From a virus (Duplodnaviria > Heunggongvirae > Uroviricota > Caudoviricetes), in the IMG/VR virus record IMGVR_UViG_3300008262_000026: DNA of 64,000 nucleotides; one strand, given 5' to 3'. The position numbers and the translations under genes are program-made. Of this stretch, positions 36,261 through 46,064 are shown piece by piece. Every line of letters starts with the position of its first letter. The stretch's first letter is position 1. Below the pieces are notes generated by a model. The model did no database searches. It was given only the letters and a program-made list of their open reading frames with translations, and had not been told where the DNA came from.

Positions 36261-37502
36261 ACCAAACAAATGCAATTCAAACTTCGTCCTCACCAACAAC
36301 GCGGCATTGATGCTATGTCTAAGCATAGCAAAGGTCAACTAATCGTCCCCACAGGTGGCGGCAAGACCCTTAAGATGATTTACGATGCTGTGCGTGAGTT
36401 CTCTCAAGAAACTCCTCAGACTATTGTAGTTGTCGCTCCTCGCATTCTGCTTGCTGAGCAACTGTCTGCTGAGTTCCTGGAGTTTATCACTAACGCTAAG
36501 GTTTTCCACGTCCATAGTGGAGAGACGCATCACCAATCTTCTACTCGTCCTGATACTATTGCGGAATGGGTTGATGCTCACTCTGACCGTCACAAACTGA
36601 TTGTAACCACCTATCACTCTCTGCGTCGTCTTGTTGATGCTGAGGTTGATGTGGATACCATCTACTTTGACGAGGCACACAATAGCGTTCAGCGTCACTT
36701 TTTCGCTGCAGTTGAGCATTTTTCTTACGATGCAAAGCGTTCCTACTTCTTTACTGCAACTCCTAAGCACAGCGTCACTGCCGGCAAACCCGGAATGAAT
36801 GATGTTGATGTTTATGGTCAGGTCATCTGTAAGGTTCCTGCCCCTGAACTTGTGAGTGGTGGTTATATTGTTCCGCCTAAAGTCATCGTCAAGCAACTGC
36901 CTATGGTGACTGGTAAGCAGACCAACTATGACCGAGATGCTGCAAATCTTCTGGAAACCATTGATGAGAACTCTGTGGGTAAAATCCTGATTTGTGCTAA
37001 GGCAACCAAGCAGATTGTCTCTCTGATTGCAGAAACCGATTTCTGCTCTGAACTCAATCAGCGCGGTTATTCTTGGATGTATATTACTGCCAAGACGGGT
37101 GCGGTGATTGACGGTAAGAAAGTCAATCGTGAGGTGTTCTTTGATACTCTCAGTGCCTGGAGTAAGGATAACGACAAAAAGTTCGTCATTCTTCACCACT
37201 CCATTCTCAGCGAAGGTATCAACGTTTCTGGTCTTGAGGCAGTTCTGTTTATGCGGAATATGGACTTCATTGGAATCTCCCAAACTATCGGTCGGGTGAT
37301 TCGTCTGCACCACGATGATGCTCGCGAACTTGCCTCTGGTAATATCCAACCGGGTGCTCTGGAAACTTATACCAAGTCCTTTGGTCTGGTTTGTATTCCT
37401 GTCTATAGTTCGGTTGGTGTTGCTACTGCTCGCTCTGTTCAGGCAGTTGTTGATACCATCTTTGAGAAGGGAGAACCTGCCATCAGTGTGGTGCGGCGCT
37501 GA
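36255..37502 (+). CDS. SF2 DEAD/DEAH-box helicase (ResIII-type N-domain)
   Basis: LRPHQQ, Walker A PTGGGKT, DEAH FDEAHN, TATP, QTIGRVIR. Start lies inside motif B copy 36226..36260. Confidence 0.75.
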   Translation: MSTKQMQFKLRPHQQRGIDAMSKHSKGQLIVPTGGGKTLKMIYDAVREFSQETPQTIVVVAPRILLAEQLSAEFLEFITNAKVFHVHSGETHHQSSTRPDTIAEWVDAHSDRHKLIVTTYHSLRRLVDAEVDVDTIYFDEAHNSVQRHFFAAVEHFSYDAKRSYFFTATPKHSVTAGKPGMNDVDVYGQVICKVPAPELVSGGYIVPPKVIVKQLPMVTGKQTNYDRDAANLLETIDENSVGKILICAKATKQIVSLIAETDFCSELNQRGYSWMYITAKTGAVIDGKKVNREVFFDTLSAWSKDNDKKFVILHHSILSEGINVSGLEAVLFMRNMDFIGISQTIGRVIRLHHDDARELASGNIQPGALETYTKSFGLVCIPVYSSVGVATARSVQAVVDTIFEKGEPAISVVRR

Positions 37503-37515
37503 GTCGCATCCTAAG

Positions 37516-37549
37516 ACCCCTGTATCCATCAGGGGTCAAACCCCGATTT
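37516..37549 (+). terminator. hairpin terminator after helicase gene (GACCCCTG-tatccat-CAGGGGTC + U-tract)
   Basis: 8-bp GC-rich stem followed by AAACCCCGATTTTT. Confidence 0.5.
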
Positions 37550-37621
37550 TTCTGCAATTCTATTGCAAGGGTGTCATAGGTCATTCTTCGCAAGCAAATC
37601 GACAATTTTTTGAAAAGTGTA

Positions 37622-38284
37622 ATGATTGACTTTGATGTTTACGGTCTTGAGTCTCTTGTGTGGGTATATGCAACGCAAGAAGGTATCATTACTCCCAATA
37701 CTTGGGAGAAAATCATCAGCAAATCTGTGTATGGTGAACACATACCAGGAGATATTTTTATGGCAGATGGGATGAAAAATCAGTTTGGATTGAACATAAA
37801 ATCACTTCTAAAATCTTTCACGAAAGGTGACATACAAACCTGTAGTTTTGTTCAGTGTCGTTGTCCTTTAGATGAAAATGAAAACATTGGAGAAGGTGTA
37901 ATTAAGACTCTTGTTGAAAAAAGAGAGGAAAGTTTTAAGGAGTTTAATCTTGACACTATGCTTGATGTAATTATTCTCCATAATCGTTCTGACAATGATT
38001 ACAATGTTAGGGTATTTGTTGAAAAGCAAGATGAGTATGAAAATCTAAATCTTATTTGGGATGATTCTCGTGCTTATCTTAATCCAGATAGGTCAAAAAA
38101 TAACTGGAAGAAGACCTGGAAAATAAAAAGAGTTTCTGGTAATGCAAGTGCATTTCAAACTTGCGTATATGTGAAAAAGACTTTTGATGCCAACAAGTGC
38201 GTTGCCAATTTTACTGTCAAATGCTATGATAACTATGAGGTCTCTATCCAAGAAGCAAAAGAAAAGTATGATAAAGTACAGTAA
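37622..38284 (+). CDS. hypothetical protein
   Basis: Between helicase and methyltransferase. Start trimmed. Confidence 0.45.
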   Translation: MIDFDVYGLESLVWVYATQEGIITPNTWEKIISKSVYGEHIPGDIFMADGMKNQFGLNIKSLLKSFTKGDIQTCSFVQCRCPLDENENIGEGVIKTLVEKREESFKEFNLDTMLDVIILHNRSDNDYNVRVFVEKQDEYENLNLIWDDSRAYLNPDRSKNNWKKTWKIKRVSGNASAFQTCVYVKKTFDANKCVANFTVKCYDNYEVSIQEAKEKYDKVQ

Positions 38285-39083
38285 AGAAAATATAGATTTG
38301 TACTTGCAGGATTGTATTGAGTGGATGGGAAGTTTAGATGATAATAGTGTTGATATGACTCTAACATCCCCACCTTATGATAATATCAGAAATTACAATG
38401 GTTATTCTTTTGACTTTCAATCTATAGCAAAAGAATTGTATCGCATCACTAAAGATGGTGGAGTTGTAGTTTGGAATGTTGCTGACCAAACTATCAATGG
38501 TAGTGAAACTGGAACTTCTATGAAACAAGCACTGTATTTTGTGGAGTGTGGTTTTAAGTTGCACGATACTATGATTTACTTAAAAAAGAACCCAATGCCA
38601 AGTAGTGGTAAGAGGTATCATCAATCTTGGGAATATATTTTTTGCTTTAGTAAAGGAACGCCAAACACATTTAATCCGATTGAGGTTGAGTGTAAGTACG
38701 GAAATCTAAAGGCAAATCAAAAGTATCGTGGAAAGGATGGTGAAAAAAAATATAAAGTTACGAAAAGAAACGCTTTCTCAAAAGTAAGAAATGTTTTCGA
38801 GTATGTTATAGGTGGTGGTCATACCACAAAAGATAAGATAGCATTTGAACATCCTGCAATAATGCCTGAAAAACTTGCAGAAGATCAAATTAAAACTTGG
38901 ACAAATGAAGGTGATTTGGTTATTGACCCCTTTGCTGGTTCTGGAACTACTGCAAAAATGGCATATTTGAATAATAGGATATTTTCTGGTTGCGAGATTA
39001 GTGAAGAATACTGTAAGATTTTCATAAAACGTTTGGAAGAACACATTACTAAAAATGTAAATGTTCTTGAGTTTATTGTATGA
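38268..39083 (+). CDS. DNA methyltransferase, beta-class (SPPY motif IV, N4C or N6A)
   Basis: DMTLTSPPYDN then LVIDPFAGSGTTAKMA. Start trimmed to MIKYSKENIDLYLQDC. Confidence 0.7.
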   Translation: MIKYSKENIDLYLQDCIEWMGSLDDNSVDMTLTSPPYDNIRNYNGYSFDFQSIAKELYRITKDGGVVVWNVADQTINGSETGTSMKQALYFVECGFKLHDTMIYLKKNPMPSSGKRYHQSWEYIFCFSKGTPNTFNPIEVECKYGNLKANQKYRGKDGEKKYKVTKRNAFSKVRNVFEYVIGGGHTTKDKIAFEHPAIMPEKLAEDQIKTWTNEGDLVIDPFAGSGTTAKMAYLNNRIFSGCEISEEYCKIFIKRLEEHITKNVNVLEFIV

Positions 39084-39268
39084 AAGAAGGATTCAGTGTA
39101 GGTAAGGGTGACGAAGTATATGCAGCGATTCCTTATGGAAACGCAGGATACCTTATCATCCATCAGGGGCAGCAACTTGAGAAACTTTGTAGAACCGAAA
39201 GTTCTGCTAGAAAGTATATTAACGATTGTAAGAAAGGCAAAAGTGTAGCACAGTTGCCTGTTGATTGA
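39080..39268 (+). CDS. hypothetical protein
   Basis: Plus-strand ORF. Confidence 0.45.
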   Translation: MKEGFSVGKGDEVYAAIPYGNAGYLIIHQGQQLEKLCRTESSARKYINDCKKGKSVAQLPVD

Positions 39269-39303
39269 AACTGGGCCCCTTAAAGTGCAGTAGTAGTATG
39301 AAC
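39269..39303 (+). promoter_or_regulatory. motif B copy 7
   Basis: Contains the ATG of a 41-aa basic ORF (39298..39423). Confidence 0.6.
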
Positions 39304-39425
39304 ACACCTAACTGGAAACACAACTCTGGTAAATGTAAGAAAACCAAGGGTATGTGCAAGGGCAAAATCAAATCCCGCAAACAGTCTCTTCAATCACTTA
39401 AACTGAAACTGAACATTAACTGATT

Positions 39426-39617
39426 ATGACTGACTTCTCACAAAAACGATTCGTAGATATTGGTCAAACACTCTATATTGAGTGGTTGAAAACTATGACT
39501 AATGCTCAAGCTGCAACTGAACAAGAACGACGGGAAGTTCTTAAGTTCGGTGCTGAACTTGCATTTGAGGCAGCAGAAGAGTTTGCCAAAGTATTCCGCA
39601 ATCAAGAGGACAACTGA
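39426..39617 (+). CDS. hypothetical protein
   Basis: Plus-strand ORF. Confidence 0.45.
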   Translation: MTDFSQKRFVDIGQTLYIEWLKTMTNAQAATEQERREVLKFGAELAFEAAEEFAKVFRNQEDN

Positions 39618-39618
39618 A

Positions 39619-39804
39619 ATGATTTCCAACGAACTTCTCAATCAACTTCAAGAACTTACTCAATCTGCTAATCTTCTTCCTTCTGTTGAGAGTGCTATTC
39701 ACAATCTTATGGAGAGTGCTCGTCAAGAAGGATATAGTGATGGTTTTGATGAAGGTATGTATCAAGAGAGTTATATCAATTCTATGACTTATCCTGGAGA
39801 ATGA
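39619..39804 (+). CDS. hypothetical protein
   Basis: Start trimmed to MISNELL. Confidence 0.4.
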   Translation: MISNELLNQLQELTQSANLLPSVESAIHNLMESARQEGYSDGFDEGMYQESYINSMTYPGE

Positions 39805-40013
39805 CCGAAATGACCACTAATAAAGAACTACTGAATAAGATTCTGACTGGTATTGCCCAGAAGAACTTTACTGACTTTGAAACATTGGAAATCCGTAAGA
39901 GTGATGACCTTGACTATCACGTTGTTTCTGTGTGGGAAATTCGTAACGCATTAGAAGATGCTTTTATTGCTGGTATGACAACTGGTGCTAGTCTTAATCT
40001 AAAGGATAACTGA
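39801..40013 (+). CDS. hypothetical protein
   Basis: Plus-strand ORF. Confidence 0.45.
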   Translation: MTEMTTNKELLNKILTGIAQKNFTDFETLEIRKSDDLDYHVVSVWEIRNALEDAFIAGMTTGASLNLKDN

Positions 40014-40014
40014 A

Positions 40015-40338
40015 ATGACTATTCAAGCAACTGAACTTCTCCAACTGTTTGCCAAAGCAAATAAACTTGGTCTGACTGTTGAGGTTAATGAAGATAAAGA
40101 TGGGGATTATGTAGTCCGTATCTTTGAAATGTATTCTCCCCGAGACTTTGATGAGTATGTAGTCATCACTCAAACAGGTGAGAAAACTTGGAATAAAGGA
40201 AATCCTCTTGATTATGTGATGGAAACTCTTGATAGAAAACTGGATGAACAAGAACAAAAGAGAATCAAAGCAGAAAAACGCAAAGAACTGATTGCTCGTC
40301 TAACTCCAGAAGAACGCGAACTCCTTGACCTGAAATGA
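40015..40338 (+). CDS. hypothetical protein
   Basis: Plus-strand ORF. Confidence 0.45.
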   Translation: MTIQATELLQLFAKANKLGLTVEVNEDKDGDYVVRIFEMYSPRDFDEYVVITQTGEKTWNKGNPLDYVMETLDRKLDEQEQKRIKAEKRKELIARLTPEERELLDLK

Positions 40339-40500
40339 TTAACGACTGGTTTTTTCACGAACAAACTGAAGAGTATCAAAGATGCTGGAGATTACTTTCA
40401 AAGGACGGTAATCATCCCGAATTGGATTATAATGAACTAATTCATACGATTGTAGAACTTTATACTAAAATTGATGACCTTGAGGCACGATTGAATAAAG

Positions 40501-40767
40501 ATGACTAAAGATGTTTTTGTTCCTTCCAATGGTATGCGTGTTGGAGATTCATTGAATATTATCTGTACTGGTAGAAAACAAATGACTGAACAAGAAGAAC
40601 AACTACTTAAAGAGGACTACAAAGAACTTGAAGAAGAAGTTGAAAAGTGCTTTGACCTTGCACAACGACTTGATGCTCTAAATCCTGAACTTGCTGGTGC
40701 TTTTACTGGTTCTCCAAGTCAAAGGATTGAACGACAACTTTATGCTCTTGGTATTTTGAATAACTGA
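40501..40767 (+). CDS. hypothetical protein (C-terminus paralogous to 756..923)
   Basis: See 756..923. Confidence 0.5.
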   Translation: MTKDVFVPSNGMRVGDSLNIICTGRKQMTEQEEQLLKEDYKELEEEVEKCFDLAQRLDALNPELAGAFTGSPSQRIERQLYALGILNN

Positions 40768-40769
40768 TT

Positions 40770-40997
40770 ATGACTAACAAAACTCAGACAGTAAAAGTTG
40801 ATTCCATCACTAATGAGATTTCAATTCTCAATGAAGAGGGTAGGGTCATCTTTACGATTGGTATTCTTGATGGACATACTATTGAGGTTCGTGGGGGTAA
40901 TGTAGTAAAAGATAAAGGAGTTCTTTATAACGAAAACCTCAACGTAATTCCTTGGTCTACTAATGTGGTTGTGATAAGCAAACTGAGGTATGAGTGA
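40770..40997 (+). CDS. hypothetical protein
   Basis: Plus-strand ORF. Confidence 0.45.
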   Translation: MTNKTQTVKVDSITNEISILNEEGRVIFTIGILDGHTIEVRGGNVVKDKGVLYNENLNVIPWSTNVVVISKLRYE

Positions 40998-41202
40998 AAT
41001 GACCACCACAATCACTAAAGAACAACTGGATCAACTCTGGAATGCTATTGAATACACACGGGGAACAATCGGTCATCTGCCTCAACAATCAATAGAGAAA
41101 CCTGATTGGGTGCTCATTCATAAAGGTAGGGCACATCAATCTAGGGCATTTTTGACTCAGGCAAAAGACCTTGTAAATCAACTCAAAGGAGAACTGAAAT
41201 GA
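40990..41202 (+). CDS. hypothetical protein
   Basis: Plus-strand ORF. Confidence 0.45.
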   Translation: MSEMTTTITKEQLDQLWNAIEYTRGTIGHLPQQSIEKPDWVLIHKGRAHQSRAFLTQAKDLVNQLKGELK

Positions 41203-41396
41203 AAATCGTAGCACACACTCCCCGTGGAGTCTTTAAAAGCACAGATAAAGAATACAACCAAGAAGATTACTTGAATCTCTGCAATCTTCTGTCTCAAGTT
41301 ACACATATGAGTTACTTTAGTTTGGATACTGATACTGGAAGCATTTACCTTCCTAAGGAAATGATTCAGCGTTCTGTGTTTGTGATTGAAATGTAA
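41199..41396 (+). CDS. hypothetical protein
   Basis: Plus-strand ORF. Confidence 0.45.
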   Translation: MKIVAHTPRGVFKSTDKEYNQEDYLNLCNLLSQVTHMSYFSLDTDTGSIYLPKEMIQRSVFVIEM

Positions 41397-41430
41397 CTGG
41401 GCCCCTGAAAGTGCATCAGTAGTATGAACA
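41395..41430 (+). promoter_or_regulatory. motif B copy 8
   Basis: Contains the ATG of a 44-aa ORF (41424..41558). Confidence 0.6.
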
Positions 41431-41559
41431 CTCAACCAAAATCACAATCTTCCTGGATTGATGAACTTATCCGATGGGAAAATGCTCATCCAGAGTATAA
41501 ACCATTCAGAGAAGATGAGGATTCCCAACGTCGCCAAAACACCAAAGAAAACTACTGAA

Positions 41560-41838
41560 ATGTCTGAATTCATTTGCATCACTTTTGGTCCTTCGGAAAA
41601 TGTTGACCGTTTTGGTTGGTGGAATCGTAAGGAGCGGTTTCCTACTCAACGTCAAGCAGAAAAGTGTGGTCTTGACCAACTCTGTATTGCTGGAACTTTC
41701 GGATATGTTGTGATTGAGGAGGGTAAAGATTTCTGGAAAGTTGTAGATGAACTGGGCGCACCTGAACACGCTGTTTCCATCACTGCAAATCATTTCACCT
41801 ATTCTGTTCAACGTTCTCCCAAACTGCAACTTGTATGA
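41560..41838 (+). CDS. hypothetical protein
   Basis: Start trimmed. A 44-aa ORF (41424..41558) starting in motif B precedes it. Confidence 0.45.
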   Translation: MSEFICITFGPSENVDRFGWWNRKERFPTQRQAEKCGLDQLCIAGTFGYVVIEEGKDFWKVVDELGAPEHAVSITANHFTYSVQRSPKLQLV

Positions 41839-42000
41839 AGAAGTATCGCGTTGTACTTGAATACTGGGTTCCTAATGAAGATGGAAACCTTTGGGAAGTC
41901 AAGTTTGTCTCTTCTCGCTCGTCTTGCGGCAAGATTGCAGATGATTTTCTATCCCAAGACCGTCAAAACCTTATTCGCGGCGTTGAAGTCGCTCCCGCAA

Positions 42001-42174
42001 ATGTCTAATAAACTGATTGAAACTGAATACCACTTCATTGATGAAGAACTGTATAATCAAGTTCTCCAAGAAGCATCTGTGGAAGGTGTATCCATTGACT
42101 ACTACTTGATGGAGTTCACTGAGGTCTCCGGTCCACGACTTGTTTATGATGGAGAAAAGTGGATTGAGGACTGA
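42001..42174 (+). CDS. hypothetical protein
   Basis: Start trimmed. The track's N-extension overlaps ORF 41836..42009. Confidence 0.4.
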   Translation: MSNKLIETEYHFIDEELYNQVLQEASVEGVSIDYYLMEFTEVSGPRLVYDGEKWIED

Positions 42175-42303
42175 AATGCAAGTGTATAACGTCTGCAGCA
42201 ATCTCCAGACCAAGCAACTGGAATGGGTCTGTAATCCTATCACACAGGATTCTCAACCTGCCTGGAAGATTGCTACCATCTGTCGTAAAAGTTCTCCTCA
42301 AAA

Positions 42304-42573
42304 ATGACTTACTCTAACCTCTCCAAGATTAAACCACAACTTAGAACTTCTGGTCGCGTTTCTGGGAACTTCGGAAAATCAAAGGTTAAGGCAGGTTCTA
42401 CACTCAAAGACCTTGGAGTAACTGAGGCAAAGGTAGTCAAATGTGCGACACAGAAAGAATATCTGAGTCGTCTTTATACTGCATTTGATACTACCACTGA
42501 CCCCAAACTTCGCCAGTTTCTTTACACTGAAATCAAGAAGATTCATATTCAACACGGAACTTGGAGGGACTGA
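42304..42573 (+). CDS. hypothetical protein
   Basis: Plus-strand ORF. Confidence 0.45.
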   Translation: MTYSNLSKIKPQLRTSGRVSGNFGKSKVKAGSTLKDLGVTEAKVVKCATQKEYLSRLYTAFDTTTDPKLRQFLYTEIKKIHIQHGTWRD

Positions 42574-42577
42574 TAAC

Positions 42578-42612
42578 AACTGGGCCCGTCAAAGTGCATC
42601 AGTAGTATGAAC
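42578..42612 (+). promoter_or_regulatory. motif B copy 9
   Basis: Canonical copy. Confidence 0.6.
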
Positions 42613-42806
42613 GACACGACCTTTCCTGCCTGATGTATATTCTCAACGAAAACGCAAAGAATGACCCTGCAGTGCAACTTGCAATGCAGAACTATACCAA
42701 ACAAATTGCTGCTCAGCATCAGTATCAGCAGCAAGTTCGGGACGGTAAGATTAAACCCGAACCGATTAAAGTCTGGAACATTTCTGACCGCGACTGATTA
42801 CTCAAA

Positions 42807-42995
42807 ATGACTAAAACTCTGTTGCAATGTATCGCAACTGCAATCTCCACAGCACCAGCGGGAGAAACTTATGCAGACACAAGGAATAATGAGGCAAAAG
42901 CAGCACTTGAAGAAGTTCTTAAGTGCTTGAAAGAAGTCCCCAATCCAAATGCAAATAGGTCTGCAATCAATAGGATTGAAATGGAATTGATGTAA
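42807..42995 (+). CDS. hypothetical protein (paralog of 5412..5600)
   Basis: See 5412..5600. Confidence 0.5.
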   Translation: MTKTLLQCIATAISTAPAGETYADTRNNEAKAALEEVLKCLKEVPNPNANRSAINRIEMELM

Positions 42996-43055
42996 TAAAA
43001 GACCAACACTTCTCAACTGATTCTCTCTCACTAAACTCTCACTTCTCTCAAAACA

Positions 43056-43289
43056 ATGGAACTCACTTCTCAACAACTGCAACAACTGATTGAAACCTAC
43101 GCTGAGCAAGTCGTAGAAGGAATGGATATTGATTGTCTGGTTCAGTTTGCATACGAAACCATTGTGGAGAATATGTCCAATATGGGACAAGAAGCAGTCC
43201 TTGATAACATTGAAGGTTACTGGGATACTGATGAAATTGAAAGTGTGATTGAATCTGTAGGTGCTGACCCTAAAGAGGTTCTTAACTGA
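43056..43289 (+). CDS. hypothetical acidic protein
   Basis: Plus-strand ORF. Confidence 0.45.
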   Translation: MELTSQQLQQLIETYAEQVVEGMDIDCLVQFAYETIVENMSNMGQEAVLDNIEGYWDTDEIESVIESVGADPKEVLN

Positions 43290-43323
43290 ACTGGGCCCGT
43301 GAAAGTGTATCAGTAGTATGACC
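43288..43323 (+). promoter_or_regulatory. motif B copy 10
   Basis: Canonical copy. Confidence 0.6.
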
Positions 43324-43492
43324 ACCCACGATTCCCAACAATGACTCAAACTAACGGAATGGTTCGGATTGCTGTTTATTTCAATCAAGACCTGAATGAT
43401 GATGAGGTGATGAAGTTTGTGGATAATCTACTCCACGAACACCCTAATGTTGCTGACTACGAATACGACCACTTTCCTATCCAGAACTGATT

Positions 43493-43774
43493 ATGTACCG
43501 CACACTTTCTGAACTTCGCAACAGCGTCAATCGCCTGATTGAGCAACAAGGTGAGAACGCACCCTGCGCTGCATTTGTATTCACCAAAGAGGATGTGTTC
43601 TTCTATCCTACTGGTGATGATGGATTTGAGAACCTGGATGAACAAGTGCATCTGAATGATGATGATACTTGTGAGGTTCTAAATGAACTTGGTTCGTGTG
43701 ATTATATGTACGAACAAGTTTTTGAGATTATTGACGATGAAGTCCGCCGAGTTCGTAACAAGCAAGCAGTATGA
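43493..43774 (+). CDS. hypothetical protein
   Basis: Plus-strand ORF. Confidence 0.45.
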   Translation: MYRTLSELRNSVNRLIEQQGENAPCAAFVFTKEDVFFYPTGDDGFENLDEQVHLNDDDTCEVLNELGSCDYMYEQVFEIIDDEVRRVRNKQAV

Positions 43775-43918
43775 AATACGAAGTTAAACTCTATCAAGGG
43801 GGCAAAGTGTTCATTGAGGAAGTGTATGCTAGCACACCGAAAGATGCCCGCGAAACTGCACTCATTCGCAACCCAACTTGCAAGGTAGTTGGAGTGAATG
43901 CAAAGTTTAACTGATAAC

Positions 43919-43953
43919 AACTGGGCCCGTGAAAGTGCATCAGTAGTGTAAGG
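43919..43953 (+). promoter_or_regulatory. motif B copy 11 (GTGTAAG variant)
   Basis: Variant copy. Confidence 0.6.
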
Positions 43954-43964
43954 GCAATCCTCAA

Positions 43965-44192
43965 ATGACCGACCAACAACAAATCACTGACGCATTTATG
44001 AGGGACTTTGAGGAACTCCTGCGTCGTTATAACGCTGACTTCACTGTTACTGAGGAATCGCGTGGTCCATATTGTTACGAAGCAGTCGCTGAAATTTGCT
44101 TCAATGGAGTCTATGATAGTGAAGGAAATACAGTAAGACCTTATATTGACTTCACATTGCCCAACTACATCAATCCCAATCAAACTAACTGA
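43965..44192 (+). CDS. hypothetical protein
   Basis: Plus-strand ORF. Confidence 0.45.
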   Translation: MTDQQQITDAFMRDFEELLRRYNADFTVTEESRGPYCYEAVAEICFNGVYDSEGNTVRPYIDFTLPNYINPNQTN

Positions 44193-44193
44193 A

Positions 44194-44478
44194 ATGAGAA
44201 CTATCACCGTTGCTCCAATTTCTTTCGCTAAGGCAAACGAAAGGACTAACGAACTTTGCGAGAAGATTAACTATCTTTATCGTGATGGTCTTAGCACCAA
44301 ACAGATTGCAAAGGAACTGAATCTTTCTGCCTCTAATGTTCGCCGTTATTACTACGGTGTGCATAACTGTGCCCAGGCACATTATCACTGGAAAAATGCC
44401 TTCAATGCAAATAAGGCAGTTGGTTATATCCAAACCGCACTGAATCAAGTTCGTGTTGGTGCTTGCGTTTCTATCTGA
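44194..44478 (+). CDS. small helix-turn-helix DNA-binding protein (sigma-70 region-4/LuxR-like HTH)
   Basis: LSTKQIAKELNLSASNVRRYYYG is a typical HTH. Start trimmed to MRTITV. Confidence 0.5.
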   Translation: MRTITVAPISFAKANERTNELCEKINYLYRDGLSTKQIAKELNLSASNVRRYYYGVHNCAQAHYHWKNAFNANKAVGYIQTALNQVRVGACVSI

Positions 44479-44656
44479 TTTACACTCAAAAGAACAATGA
44501 CTTCCACTACTTTCTATCAAAAGTATCCTGAATATCTCTACCAAGATTGTATGTCTTGGATGGATTTCTACAACTATATGCTGAGTCTTTCTTGGGTTCA
44601 AGATGATGAAGCACTCAAGCAATCCTATCAAAACGAGTTCAATCAGCACAAGGTTT

Positions 44657-44899
44657 ATGACGTTTGATTTCATTGATTATGTCCTGGATTTCTATGGTTC
44701 AGGCGGCATCTATGATATGGGTGCCACAAGGGAACAGGTAAAAGAAGCAACTCAAAAACATATTGAAACTGCTAACTTTCCCTTTGATGGTGATACGATT
44801 GACCGAGAGGCAGTGAGAGATATTCTGATTAAAGAATACGGTCTGATTTTTCCTAAGTCCAATGGCACGAAGAAAAACACTCACATTCAAGTCTCCTGA
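44657..44899 (+). CDS. hypothetical protein
   Basis: Start trimmed. Confidence 0.4.
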   Translation: MTFDFIDYVLDFYGSGGIYDMGATREQVKEATQKHIETANFPFDGDTIDREAVRDILIKEYGLIFPKSNGTKKNTHIQVS

Positions 44900-45013
44900 C
44901 AAAGTGAAACTGATTGCCCTTATCTTCATCGTTTTCTTTACATTCTCTCCAGCAGTTCGTAACAGCACTGCAAGCGTACTTCATACCACTGCTGATCTTA
45001 TCTCTCCTGAACA

Positions 45014-45226
45014 ATGACTCTTTCCGCTAAAACAGTTCTGAATCTTGCTGCTGCTCTTACGCCAGAAGTTATAGATTACATTAACAACGACGAGCGATGG
45101 GTTGAACTAATGATGGAGGTGATTCCTGATGCACTTGAGAGTAAAATTGGGAAACTTGATTGCGACCTGATGATGGAACTTTCTATGTGCATTATGGATA
45201 GGATTTACCTGAAAACTAGCACCTGA
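45014..45226 (+). CDS. hypothetical protein
   Basis: Plus-strand ORF. Confidence 0.45.
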   Translation: MTLSAKTVLNLAAALTPEVIDYINNDERWVELMMEVIPDALESKIGKLDCDLMMELSMCIMDRIYLKTST

Positions 45227-45244
45227 TTATATCAACGAGGAAGG

Positions 45245-45360
45245 GAGTTTTGCCTCGCTTAAGTAAATAAAGTGACTTCCGCAGAGTGTAGATAATTCCA
45301 GAAGGATGTGGTTGTATATGAGAGGGGACTGGTAATCTCCTCTTTTTTATACTTTGTGAT
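45245..45360 (+). ncRNA. conserved ~115-nt non-coding element copy 1, ending in terminator hairpin with loop ACTGGTAAT (candidate sRNA)
   Basis: GGAAGGGAGTTTTGCCTCGCTTAAGTAAATAAAGTGACTTCCGCAGAGTGTAGATAATTCC...GAGAGGGGACTGGTAATCTCCTCTTTTTT. Confidence 0.4.
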
Positions 45361-45521
45361 TTTTCGGAGATTTCATCCTAGCACACCTCCCATAGTACCT
45401 GAACGCAGAATCACCGATTTTTTGGAAAACAGACCCCAGTGATACCAAGGGTTCTCAGCGGGTCTCACCTGAGACTGCCTGCCCATACCAGCATCCGCAG
45501 CAGAATCCCAAGAATGATAAT

Positions 45522-45556
45522 AACTGGGCCCGTGAAAGTGCATCAGTAGTATGAGC
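45522..45556 (+). promoter_or_regulatory. motif B copy 12
   Basis: Contains the ATG of a 56-aa ORF (45551..45721). Confidence 0.6.
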
Positions 45557-46064
45557 GGAACCCAAATGTTTCACATCTACCAAACTCAACCTGACGGTAG
45601 TGTAGAACTACTGTATGAGACTTACGATGAAGAAGCGGCAGAGAATGAGGTTGAACGAATCAACTCTAATCTGCAACGTGCGGGTATTCCATCGTGGGTC
45701 AGCTGCGCACACTATTCCTGATGATTGACTTTATTGCTATCTCGTTTTTCTCTTTTCCTATTGCATTATCATTTGCATTGGAAAACGATTCAAGTAAAGA
45801 AAATGGCAATGCAGTATTTCTTTGTTCTTCATTTTACTTAGTTTATCTCATACTTATTGCCATTTTCTTTAACCATTAAAAATGACTCAAAACGATTATA
45901 CTGACTACATTCAAGAGAAAGGTTATACTCTTGCTGAATGTAAGCGTCCATCCTATCCTCAGGTTCCCGAAGATATGCGGGACATTTACAAAACTTATGA
46001 AGAGTATCGTGCTGCTCTTCACGACTTTCTCAACGGAAACTGAACCTCTTACTTAACACACAAA

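Noticed and set aside
36339-37529. 396-aa minus-strand ORF
   Set aside because: Antisense to the SF2 helicase, whose motifs (PTGGGKT, DEAH, QTIGRVIR) are unambiguous on the + strand.
42798-43388. 196-aa minus-strand ORF
   Set aside because: Overlaps two + strand genes, one of which has a paralog elsewhere. Hydrophobic low-complexity antisense translation.
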